NCBI GenBank assembly: GCA_963699255.1
Contig: OY969425.1
Span: 1,440,001-1,472,000, forward strand
DNA length: 32,000 bases
Reading direction: 5' to 3'
Source of the DNA: an uncultured bacterium
Lineage (GTDB): Bacteria > Margulisbacteria > WOR-1 > CAVSGV01
This document shows positions 24,231 through 32,000 of the stretch, one piece after another. Within the stretch, counting starts at the first letter, position 1. Each line of letters opens with the position of its first letter. Position numbers and translations under genes: made by a program. The notes under the pieces were generated by a model. That model was given only the letters and a program-made list of their open reading frames with translations, was not told the origin of the DNA and made no database searches.

Positions 24231-24893
24231 CTAAGATACCACGGAAACGGTTATTCCTGAAGCAAAGATGCTTGTGTCAGCACGGGTTACTGCGGTCACA
24301 GCCTGGCTTGCGTTAAGTGACGGCGTTATCCCTGAAGCCCCGGCGCTTGGATTGGTGTTCGTTGCCGCAGCGGCATCCTGTATCGCATTGAGATTATTGG
24401 GATTATTCGGATCATTGGGGTCATCATTAGGATCAACTTTATGATGGCCGCCTCCGCCGTGGTGATGATGCACTTTTTCCCCTGACGACAACATCGAGGA
24501 TAGGTTCTTCAGAAGGTTATCTACCAACGAAGTAGATGACAAAAATGCTGTCGTACCCTGTGCCGCGTTTGAACTGGCGGATGAGCCTCCCATTCCGGAA
24601 GAGATCAATGACATCAGGTCGTTCATGAGATTGGTCAGGGATGAAAGAGGCGAAGACGATGAAGCTGCTGTAACGCCTTGTACCGCGTTCGAAGGGCCGG
24701 ATGAAGTTGCGTTCAACAATTGAGAGACGCTTGAGTTTGAAGGCGCTCCTTCCATTCCGGCGGCGGTCGATGCGTCCAGGTCCTTTAATATATCAAAAAA
24801 AGTCGATTGATCACTTTGACCGGAAACGCCGGCAGTATTGCCCGCTGAAAAATCATATCCGCTGCTGCTGACCGCATTTATACCGGCAACCAC
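24231..24893 (-). CDS. Hypothetical low-complexity Ser/Ala/Asn/Gly-rich protein with a His/Gly cluster and DPN repeats
   Basis: GTG start preceded by AAAGGGGGG. It is the only ORF of at least 60 codons on either strand here. It has two related segments (SSGPSNAVQGVTAASSSSPLSSLTNLMNDLMSLISSG / GSSASSNAAQGTTAFLSSTSLVDNLLKNLSSMLSSG), then HHHHGGGGHHKVDPNDDPNDPNNPNN. I recognise no family. Confidence 0.6.
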   Translation of the reverse strand: MVAGINAVSSSGYDFSAGNTAGVSGQSDQSTFFDILKDLDASTAAGMEGAPSNSSVSQLLNATSSGPSNAVQGVTAASSSSPLSSLTNLMNDLMSLISSGMGGSSASSNAAQGTTAFLSSTSLVDNLLKNLSSMLSSGEKVHHHHGGGGHHKVDPNDDPNDPNNPNNLNAIQDAAAATNTNPSAGASGITPSLNASQAVTAVTRADTSIFASGITVSVVS

Positions 24894-25047
24894 TATTGTC
24901 CCCCCTTTTCCTTACACATATTTATCGCATCGGCAGTGGGAAAACTTGCATGCAAGATCGGGGGAATATTCTTTTCAGGCTGTCCTTTTTTTAAGCCGGT
25001 TGATATAGTATCATTCAATCACAGGTAAAAAAATCAAAGGGGTACTT

Positions 25048-26514
25048 ATGGCCCAAATTGCCAACATCGACCTTCACGGGATCGCGCGCACGACAATAAA
25101 GCGATATGGTTTTGATTTCACTATCAAGAAACCCGTGATCAATGAGATCAACGCCCTTGACCCGGGCAAGCTCATGGACAGCGTGCGGGGAGAAATAAGG
25201 GACCTTCGCGGACTCCTCTGGTCATCGATCGATAACGCGGATTCTCTGGACCTGGACCAGCTGGAATACTGCGAACGCGGACCCAACGATGAGATCATTG
25301 TCAGGGTTGCTATTTCCGATGTCGACCTGTTCGTGCCAAAAAGATCTCAAACGGATATCTACGCCGCGCGGAACGGAACTTCGGTCTATACGGGGATAGA
25401 TTCTTTTTCTCTTTTACCGAGCCGCCTGTCTAACGGCCTTACTTCTTTGCTGGCCGACGCGGACCATGCGGGACTGGTAGTTGAATTCAGTGTTTTTCCT
25501 GACGGCTCGAACGTCCCGGGAAGCATTTACAGGGCGCTCATCCGCAATAAAGCAAAACTTGTCTACGAGGAGATCGGCGGATGGATCGAAGGCAGGACAG
25601 GAATTCCCGCATCCGTCTCCGGTGTGCCCGGCCTGAAAGAACAGTTGTTCCTGCAGGATGAGGCGGCCGGACGATTAAGCAAATTCCGCGTCGAGCAGGG
25701 ACTCCTTGAATTCGGCACCATTGAACCCAAACTTGTCATTAAAGAAGAAAAAGTCCGATCCCTGTTCGTTGAAGAAAAGAACCGCGCCAATTCCATAATA
25801 GAGAACTTCATGATCGCCGCCAATGTCAGTATGTCGCAATTCTTGAAAAAAGCGGGGCTTCCCATGATCCAGCGGGTCGTGCGCGTTCCGAAGAACTGGC
25901 AGGGGATCATTTATGCCGCCGAGGCTTTCCACGAGAGATTGCCAATACAGCCCGACGCCAAGGCGCTGGCGAGATTTCTCCAAAAAAGAAGGACGGCTGA
26001 TCCCGAAAGGTTCCCCGATCTTTCTTTGACCGTGGTCAAGCTGTTAGGCCCGGGTGAATATATGATGCTTGAGCCGCAGGCATCTTCTGTCGGGCATTTT
26101 GGCCTTGCCGTGATGGATTATACGCACGGGACCGCCCCCAACAGACGCTATGTTGATGAGTTAATTCAAAGGCTTTTAAAAGCGGCTTTGGACGAACGAC
26201 CCTGTCCGTACAGTAAAGATGAACTGATCGATCATGCCGCGATATGCACGGACCGCGACAAGGCGGCTAAAAAGGTGGAGCGGTTCATGCGCAAAGCCGC
26301 GGCCGCGGCATTATTAAGCGGCCGGATAGGCGAAACCTTTGACGCGATAGTTACGGGAGCTTCCAGTCACGGCGTGTATGTGCGGGTGGAAACGCCTCCG
26401 GTAGAAGGGCGGGTCATGCGAAAGCAAAAGGGACTGGCCGTAGGGCAAAAGGTCCGCGTCCGCTTGATCGGAATGGACCCTTATAAGGGTCAGATCGATT
26501 TCGAAAGGTGTTGA
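25048..26514 (+). CDS. RNB-domain exoribonuclease (RNase II/R family) with a C-terminal S1-like domain and no N-terminal cold-shock domains
   Basis: WSSIDNADSLDLDQLEY, VAISDVDLFV, ARNGTSVYT, IENFMIAANV, HFGLAVMDYTHGTAPNRRYVDELIQR. C-terminal GETFDAIVTGASSHGVYVRVETPPVEGRV. Confidence 0.85.
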   Translation: MAQIANIDLHGIARTTIKRYGFDFTIKKPVINEINALDPGKLMDSVRGEIRDLRGLLWSSIDNADSLDLDQLEYCERGPNDEIIVRVAISDVDLFVPKRSQTDIYAARNGTSVYTGIDSFSLLPSRLSNGLTSLLADADHAGLVVEFSVFPDGSNVPGSIYRALIRNKAKLVYEEIGGWIEGRTGIPASVSGVPGLKEQLFLQDEAAGRLSKFRVEQGLLEFGTIEPKLVIKEEKVRSLFVEEKNRANSIIENFMIAANVSMSQFLKKAGLPMIQRVVRVPKNWQGIIYAAEAFHERLPIQPDAKALARFLQKRRTADPERFPDLSLTVVKLLGPGEYMMLEPQASSVGHFGLAVMDYTHGTAPNRRYVDELIQRLLKAALDERPCPYSKDELIDHAAICTDRDKAAKKVERFMRKAAAAALLSGRIGETFDAIVTGASSHGVYVRVETPPVEGRVMRKQKGLAVGQKVRVRLIGMDPYKGQIDFERC

Positions 26515-26618
26515 TCTTGGCTGCCCGGCCAAAAACCCATTACAAACGCGCATCCAGATGATATTATATAGGTATATATTTCAGGGGGAATTCTCCCTCT
26601 CATTACCAGAGGTGAAAC

Positions 26619-26822
26619 ATGGCGGAAAAAACCATATTAAGGAAAGAGATGTCAATAGCCGAAGCTATAAAGCTTAAGCCGGAGATAGCCGGGCTGCTCA
26701 TGTCCAAAGGCATGCACTGCCTGGGATGCGTGATAGCGCAGGGCGAGACGCTTGAGCAGGCGGCGGAGGTCCACGGGTTGGACCCGGACGAGCTTATCAA
26801 GGAACTGAACGAACTGGAATAA
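26619..26822 (+). CDS. DUF1858-type small redox/disulfide protein
   Basis: MSIAEAIKLKPEIAGLLMSKGMHCLGCVIAQGETLEQAAEVHGLDPDELIKELN (CxxC). GAGGTG RBS. Confidence 0.75.
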   Translation: MAEKTILRKEMSIAEAIKLKPEIAGLLMSKGMHCLGCVIAQGETLEQAAEVHGLDPDELIKELNELE

Positions 26823-26902
26823 AACGGTTGTGTAATTTTTTTTCCGGTAGTAAAATGACCGCGGTTTCAAGGTCCCGATAGATCGGTAAGGGGAGGGCAA
26901 TC

Positions 26903-28045
26903 ATGAAAAACTATAGAGTAATAGCTCCGTTACTTGTCTGTCTCATGTTCTGTTTTTATGTCATCGGCTGCGGCTCAAACGCGACGGGTGGAGGCGGAAG
27001 CAGCTCAAGTTCAGGCAATTCAGGGAAATTATCCGACCCTTATATAAGCCATGCTACTCTTATTGAAAGGAACCAGTATGGTTCAGTCGAATCCGGAATG
27101 GTTTGTACGACAGATGCAAATGGTTCATTTACCTTTCCATCTGCACTAACAGTGGGCGATACGATAGAAATGGTAAACCCTGGCAATCACTTAGGCCGAA
27201 CATATGACGGGGCATTAATGAAAAAGAGGATTGATGTTCTAGGGGTGTACAATGTCTCACCATTAACTGACTGGGTCAGCCATGGTATTACTGAAGGTGC
27301 CGTCGCGGGTATTATTACAAATTATGGCGGCGTAACGATCGATGCAGGCGATGTAAGTCCCGATCCGATGGGCAATTTACATGCGATGCAGGTGATCGGA
27401 GCTGGGGGCATTGCTCTAGTAAAAGGAATAAAAGCTTCGATCGTGGCATATTCAGTGTCCAGAATAGCGGTAGATGAATATGGGGCTAATTATACTGAAT
27501 CAGACCTGAAAACCACACTCATGCAAAGTGTTGAATCGGCGATCGGCGAAGCAGTGAACGACGGGATCTCAGACAATGTACTTAATAAAATGAACGCAAA
27601 AATACTTTATCAAAATGCGCATAAACCAAATTCAAATGCGCCTGATATGAATCTTGCAACAGCGGATGAAATAGCCAAGAGCGCATTCAATATAGCTAAA
27701 TATATTGCTGACATGAAAATTGCAAACCATGCTGGCGGCCCCGCTCCTAATTGGACCTATCCCTGGAACCAACCCAGCGATACTTCACTAGAAGCATATG
27801 GCAAGTCACTTGGCATGAGATATTATTTAATGGATAATTACCCTCTCAACGTCGCTCCTCCACAAGCCGGCCCATATGCAGGCAAGACAGCTATTCAGAT
27901 AGCACTTGAGACTGGCACGATATCAGATGAATATGGCACGGTAATAACTACATGGGAAGTGGATCCAGATAGTTCGAATTCCCTAGGAGCGGTTGTAGGT
28001 TTTGATATAAATGATACTACCGGGACAGTAGAAGCATTGCGTTAA
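26903..28045 (+). CDS. Hypothetical lipoprotein
   Basis: Signal peptide plus lipobox MKNYRVIAPLLVCLMFCFYVIGC, followed by a Gly/Ser linker GGGGSSSSSGNSG. I recognise no family in the remainder. Confidence 0.7.
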   Translation: MKNYRVIAPLLVCLMFCFYVIGCGSNATGGGGSSSSSGNSGKLSDPYISHATLIERNQYGSVESGMVCTTDANGSFTFPSALTVGDTIEMVNPGNHLGRTYDGALMKKRIDVLGVYNVSPLTDWVSHGITEGAVAGIITNYGGVTIDAGDVSPDPMGNLHAMQVIGAGGIALVKGIKASIVAYSVSRIAVDEYGANYTESDLKTTLMQSVESAIGEAVNDGISDNVLNKMNAKILYQNAHKPNSNAPDMNLATADEIAKSAFNIAKYIADMKIANHAGGPAPNWTYPWNQPSDTSLEAYGKSLGMRYYLMDNYPLNVAPPQAGPYAGKTAIQIALETGTISDEYGTVITTWEVDPDSSNSLGAVVGFDINDTTGTVEALR

Positions 28046-28067
28046 CAGAAAATAGTTTAATCAACTT

Positions 28068-28099
28068 AAAGGCCTTGGGCGATCGTTCAGGGCCTTTTT
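28068..28099 (+). terminator. Rho-independent terminator after the lipoprotein gene
   Basis: aaaggcc...ggccttt stem with an inner ttg/cag extension, followed by a T5 run. Confidence 0.7.
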
Positions 28100-28173
28100 G
28101 TTTGATCACCGTTCGGGCTCGATACGCATTATCCCCATACCCTGAAAATTAAATGTGATAAAATGACCCCATT

Positions 28174-30213
28174 ATGTACGCCGAGATAGTTCTTGCCAGA
28201 GCAACTCCGGGACTTGATAAGATATATCATTATTCGATCCCGAAAGACCTTGAAGACAAAGCCCATGTGGGCTCGCAGGTGCTCGCGCCGTTCGGGAGCG
28301 CGAAAAGGGTCGGCTATATCGTCGGCTTTGTCGAGACATCCGATGTGTCCGGCATCAGGGATATCGCGGAGGTCCTGAGCCCGTACCCGCTTTTCTCAAG
28401 GGATTCGGTCGAGCTCGCGCGATGGATGGCGGAGTATTATAACTCCTTCTTCATCACCGCGCTAAAAACCGTGATGCCGCCGGGAATGCTTAAGATAGAA
28501 AAGAGGGCGCTGAAGGCAAAGCTGAAAAAACCGCTGTATCCCAAGATCGTGGACGGCAGGGTGCATTTGACGGATAAATGGGAAAGGCCGGCATCGCAGA
28601 AATTCGAACTTACACCGGAGCAAAAAGCCGCGTTAAGATCGATAGCCACGGATATCGACACCAAAAAATTCATCGTTTCGCTCCTGTACGGCGTCACCGG
28701 CTCCGGAAAAACAGAGGTCTACCTGAGAGCCGCGGATTACGCGGTCGGCACCGGCGGCGGGGCTATCATACTGGTGCCGGAAGTCGGGCTTACGCCGCAG
28801 ATCGTTGAAAGGTTCCTTGAGCATTTCGGCGGCCGGCTGGCGGTCTACCACAGCGAGATGAAGGACAAGGACAGGGATATCGCCTGGGCGCAGATAGCGG
28901 GAGGGGAGAAGACCGTTGTGCTCGGGACACGGTCGGCGATATTCACGCCGGTGAAGAACCTGAAGCTGATAGTCCTTGATGAGGAATATGAGAACACATA
29001 TAAACAGGAGCAGAACCCCAGATATCACGCCAGGGAAGTCGCGTTCACCCTCGCAAAAAAATTGAACGGGTCGGTCATTCTGGGCAGCGCTTCCCCTTCG
29101 ATAGAGACCTATTACCGCGCCAAGACCGGAGAATACAAGCTCCTGGTCCTTCCAAAGAGGATAGATAACAGGCCGCTTCCGCCGGTGGAAGTCGTGGACA
29201 TGAGAGATGAGCTGAAAGCCGGCAATTATAATGTATTAAGCAGAAAGCTGAAGGAAGAGATAAAGGCGACGATCCAGAAAAAGGAGCAGGCCATACTTTT
29301 CATAAACAGGCGCGGTTATTTTTCGTTCGTAATGTGCAGGACCTGCGGGCACACGATCCAGTGCCCGAAGTGTTCCTCGTCCCTCATATATTATATGGAA
29401 GACAAAGAGCTGAGGTGCAACCACTGCGGCTTCACATCCGCCGCACCGGTCATCTGCCCAATGTGCCAGAGCACCCAGATCAAGTTCTTCGGCGCGGGCA
29501 CCCAGAAGATCGAGCAGGAAGTCGCGCGCGTCGCGCCTTCCGCAAGGATACTGAGGCTTGACAGGGATACCGTAAAGAACAAGGGCTCGTATGAGACCAT
29601 AATAAGGTCCTTTATTTCCGGAAGCGCCGACATACTTATAGGGACGCAGATGGTGACGAAGGGGCTTGATATCGGCAGCGTTACTCTTGTCGGGGTAGTG
29701 GCGGCGGACATAGGGCTGAACCTGCCCGATTTCAGGGCCGCGGAACACACGTTCCAGCTTATCACGCAGGTGGCGGGAAGGGCCGGAAGGCACAAGCTCG
29801 CGGGAAAGGTGATAGTCCAGACCTATAATCCCGACCATTACGCGATCATGTTCGCTTCAAAGCATGATTATGACGGCTTCTATGAAGAAGAAATAAAGAC
29901 GAGGAAAACGCTGGGTTATCCGCCTTTCGGCAGTCTTATCAATATCATCTTTCACGGGGAAAGTGAAAAGCCGGTAGAACAGGTTTCCGGGGAGTTCGCG
30001 AAATTCATCAGAAAAAGGCTGTCCGGCGCCGAGGCGTTCGGTCCGGCAAAGGCCCCGATCGCCAGACTCAAGAACAGCTACCGCTATCAGGTGATCATAA
30101 AAGGCAGGGAAATGGAAAGCATGAGGAAAGCTGTTGTTGAAACGCTCAAGCATATTGTAAAATTGGGCGGCGTAAGGATAAGCGTCGATATAGACCCGTA
30201 TAATATGTTGTAA
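28174..30213 (+). CDS. priA: Primosomal protein N' (replication restart helicase)
   Basis: GVTGSGKTEVYL (Walker A), VLDEEYENTYKQ (DExx), Zn-binding CRTCGHTIQCPKCSSSL...CNHCGF...CPMCQS, and QVAGRAGR. Confidence 0.95.
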   Translation: MYAEIVLARATPGLDKIYHYSIPKDLEDKAHVGSQVLAPFGSAKRVGYIVGFVETSDVSGIRDIAEVLSPYPLFSRDSVELARWMAEYYNSFFITALKTVMPPGMLKIEKRALKAKLKKPLYPKIVDGRVHLTDKWERPASQKFELTPEQKAALRSIATDIDTKKFIVSLLYGVTGSGKTEVYLRAADYAVGTGGGAIILVPEVGLTPQIVERFLEHFGGRLAVYHSEMKDKDRDIAWAQIAGGEKTVVLGTRSAIFTPVKNLKLIVLDEEYENTYKQEQNPRYHAREVAFTLAKKLNGSVILGSASPSIETYYRAKTGEYKLLVLPKRIDNRPLPPVEVVDMRDELKAGNYNVLSRKLKEEIKATIQKKEQAILFINRRGYFSFVMCRTCGHTIQCPKCSSSLIYYMEDKELRCNHCGFTSAAPVICPMCQSTQIKFFGAGTQKIEQEVARVAPSARILRLDRDTVKNKGSYETIIRSFISGSADILIGTQMVTKGLDIGSVTLVGVVAADIGLNLPDFRAAEHTFQLITQVAGRAGRHKLAGKVIVQTYNPDHYAIMFASKHDYDGFYEEEIKTRKTLGYPPFGSLINIIFHGESEKPVEQVSGEFAKFIRKRLSGAEAFGPAKAPIARLKNSYRYQVIIKGREMESMRKAVVETLKHIVKLGGVRISVDIDPYNML

Positions 30214-30329
30214 ACCTCGCCCCCGGCTCCTCTCCTGCTTGCAGGAGAGGGGGAAAGAGACTATAGTCCTGTTTCCTTTCTCCTATTTATAAGAGAAGGG
30301 CTTAGGGATGAGGCGGGAGGGAGATAAAC

Positions 30330-30818
30330 ATGGCTTTGCTGGAGATACTGACCAATCAAAATCCGCTGCTTCGCAAAATTTCAAGGCCCGTGGCAAAGGT
30401 AACAAAAGAGATAAAGGAGCTTGTTGCCAACATGGAGGAGACCATGAAGGCGGCGCCGGGGGTCGGACTGGCCGCTCCCCAGGTCGGAGAGCTGCTGCGC
30501 CTGATCATAGCCGATGTCGGGGACGGCCTTAACGTTCTGATCAATCCAAAGGTGATAAAAAAAAGCGGCACCCAGACGTTCGTCGAAGGATGTTTGAGCC
30601 TGCCCGGAATAGAGGCGCCTATCGAGAGGGCGGCTACCGTTACGGTAAAAGCCATGAACCTGAAGGGAAAGCTGGTAGAGGTTGAAGCCAGCGGCCTTCT
30701 TGCGACGGTTTTCCAGCACGAGATCGACCATCTTGAAGGAAAGCTGTTCGTTGACAGGGTAGCCGACCCCAACCTCATAACATACAAGCCGAAGACCCCG
30801 AAAGAAGAAGCATTATAA
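30330..30818 (+). CDS. def: Peptide deformylase
   Basis: GVGLAAPQVG, EGCLSLPG, HEIDHLEG. GGGAGG RBS. Confidence 0.95.
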   Translation: MALLEILTNQNPLLRKISRPVAKVTKEIKELVANMEETMKAAPGVGLAAPQVGELLRLIIADVGDGLNVLINPKVIKKSGTQTFVEGCLSLPGIEAPIERAATVTVKAMNLKGKLVEVEASGLLATVFQHEIDHLEGKLFVDRVADPNLITYKPKTPKEEAL

Positions 30819-30823
30819 TTACA

Positions 30824-30855
30824 CAATTAAACAATGACACAATGAACAATTAAGG
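30824..30855. repeat. AATTA(A)ACAATGACACAATGAACAA intergenic repeat, copy F
   Basis: caattaaacaatgacacaatgaacaattaagg. It differs from copy D (19711-19740) by a 1-nt indel, and by two bases (tt versus ca) just before the shared aagg end. Confidence 0.75.
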
Positions 30856-30879
30856 AAGGATATTAAGAATAATAAAATA

Positions 30880-31812
30880 ATGAAGATACTGTTCATGGGA
30901 ACGCCCGAGCCGGCCCGCGTGTGTTTAAAAGCGCTGATAGACGCCAGAGAAGGACTGGTGGCGGTGATAACCCAGCCTGACCGGCCGAAGGGCAGGGGGC
31001 TTAAGCTCGCGCCCACCCCCGTCAAGGAAACGGCAACGGAACATAATATACCGGTCTTTCAGCCGGACAGGATCAGGGACAAAGAAAGCATAGAACTGGT
31101 CAGGGGCCTTGATCCCGATCTGATAGTTATAGTCGCTTACGGAGAAATACTTCCGAAGGAGATGCTTGATATCCCGAAATACGGGGCGATAAATGTGCAC
31201 GCTTCCCTTCTCCCGAAGTACAGGGGCGCCGCGCCGGTGCAGAGGGCCCTGCTGAACGGCGACAAATTCACCGGCATCACGATAATGAAGGTCACCGAAG
31301 CCCTTGATGCCGGGGATATCATTCTTCAGGAATCCATCCCGATATATGACGCGGATAACGCGTCCACCCTGACAGAAAGATTGTTTAAACTGGGGGTGAA
31401 GCTTCTTGTCAGCGCCGTATCGCAAATAAGATCAGGCAAGACAAAACCCGTAAAACAGGATGATGAAAAGGCCTCATATGCTCCGACCCTGAAAAAGGAG
31501 AACGGCGTCATTGACTGGAAAAAGAAAGCGGAGGAAATATGCGACCAGATAAAGGCGTTCGATCCCTGGCCGGGGGCCTTTACATATTATAAGGGCAGGA
31601 CGCTCAAGGTGATCAAGGCGGAACCGATGCGGAAAGAAGGGTGTTCGAACGGCAGGATCATCGAGATACTAAAAAACCGGGGTTTTGTCGTAGGCGTCTG
31701 CGAAGGGGCGGTGCTGGTCACCGAGGTTCAGCCGGAATCAGGAAAAACCATGAGTTCGTACCAGTTCGCCATCGGGCATGGCCTGAAAGTAGGGGACAAC
31801 CTTCCAAGTTAA
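30880..31812 (+). CDS. fmt: Methionyl-tRNA formyltransferase
   Basis: MKILFMGTPE, VITQPDRPKGRG, NVHASLLPKYRGAAP, and a C-terminal beta-barrel domain. priA-def-fmt synteny. Confidence 0.95.
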   Translation: MKILFMGTPEPARVCLKALIDAREGLVAVITQPDRPKGRGLKLAPTPVKETATEHNIPVFQPDRIRDKESIELVRGLDPDLIVIVAYGEILPKEMLDIPKYGAINVHASLLPKYRGAAPVQRALLNGDKFTGITIMKVTEALDAGDIILQESIPIYDADNASTLTERLFKLGVKLLVSAVSQIRSGKTKPVKQDDEKASYAPTLKKENGVIDWKKKAEEICDQIKAFDPWPGAFTYYKGRTLKVIKAEPMRKEGCSNGRIIEILKNRGFVVGVCEGAVLVTEVQPESGKTMSSYQFAIGHGLKVGDNLPS

Positions 31813-32000
31813 CGGTATTCCTTCCTGGACCATGGTCATATTTGCCGGGGATCTGCCGCTGCCCTAACTTATAAAAATCTGCAATTTCCTTAACATTTGG
31901 CCGATAATACCGTATGGGAGAAAAAGTGATATAAATGCCGGGATTATCATTTGAAAAGACACAAGGATTATTGGTAAAAGGATTATTGGTAAAATATTTA

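Noticed and set aside
26584-26597. Near-palindrome GGGGGAATTCTCCC upstream of the DUF1858 gene, and a GC-rich palindrome cctctcctgc tt gcaggagagg at 30229-30250 between priA and def
   Set aside because: Both are short single-copy dyads without a following T-tract or a second copy in the window. I noted them but cannot distinguish them from chance or simple stem-loops.
21220-28100. A genomic island integrated at tRNA-Gln, extending rightwards over the PEGA, AKR, flavoprotein, orphan, RNB, DUF1858 and lipoprotein genes
   Set aside because: There is no integrase, no mobility genes and no distal direct repeat of the tRNA 3' end that I could find in the window. The only repeat is 74 nt from the tRNA. 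Several of these genes look like ordinary metabolic or housekeeping functions.
3401-31425. Long antisense or alternative-frame ORFs in the track. Examples: 3401-3847 (-), 9150-9674 (-), 9970-10521 (-), 10147-10503 (+), 12949-13524 (-), 13677-14081 (-), 16309-16848 (+), 18721-19209 (-), 20508-20954 (-), 29236-29838 (-), 30356-30826 (-) and 30925-31425 (-).
   Set aside because: Each lies wholly inside a confidently identified gene on the other strand or frame. Their translations are Arg/Pro/Ser/Gly-biased, typical of shadow ORFs in moderately GC-rich coding DNA. None has recognisable motifs.
31740-32000. Minus-strand frame that is open from the right edge down into fmt
   Set aside because: It would have to overlap the fmt 3' end by about 70 nt. 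Its translation has no recognisable features. It is most likely a shadow frame, which can be settled only by extending the contig.

Overview
This is a chromosomal window from an unidentified bacterium. I had no database access, so lineage cannot be assigned. Most of it is tightly packed plus-strand housekeeping genes. In order: rpsF-ssb-ssb-rpsR-rplI, a damaged uvrC, an EnvC-like M23 peptidase (frameshifted), ctpA-like S41 protease and a YibQ-like deacetylase. Next come a polysaccharide export / GDP-mannose block (Wza-like, Wzz-like, PGI/PMI, NDP-sugar pyrophosphorylase) coupled to hisD, then pyrB (minus strand), apbE-ackA, a GlmU-like LbH protein and tRNA-Gln(UUG). The window ends with a PEGA protein, an Fe-S aldo/keto reductase plus flavoprotein, an RNB ribonuclease, DUF1858, a lipoprotein and priA-def-fmt. 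I saw no rRNA, CRISPR array, transposase, integrase or prophage genes. I cannot support a complete multi-gene novel system from this sequence. The accessory leads are listed below.
- A very AT-rich island at the left edge carries an edge-truncated type IIG-like nuclease-methyltransferase fusion that the ORF track omits.
- A eukaryote-like RI-type LRR protein sits between two disrupted genes: uvrC (frameshift plus loss of the HhH domain) and the M23 peptidase (frameshift at a T5 run).
- A single-gene ORF6N islet lies between hisD and pyrB.
- A structured region after tRNA-Gln contains a partial duplicate of the tRNA 3' half.
- An orphan Ser/Ala/Asn-rich protein carries a His/Gly cluster.
- Two families of short intergenic repeats occur: CTCTAATCTC polypyrimidine tracts and AATTAACAA(TGAC) motifs.
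All functional calls come from motif recognition by eye and need HMM or BLAST confirmation.
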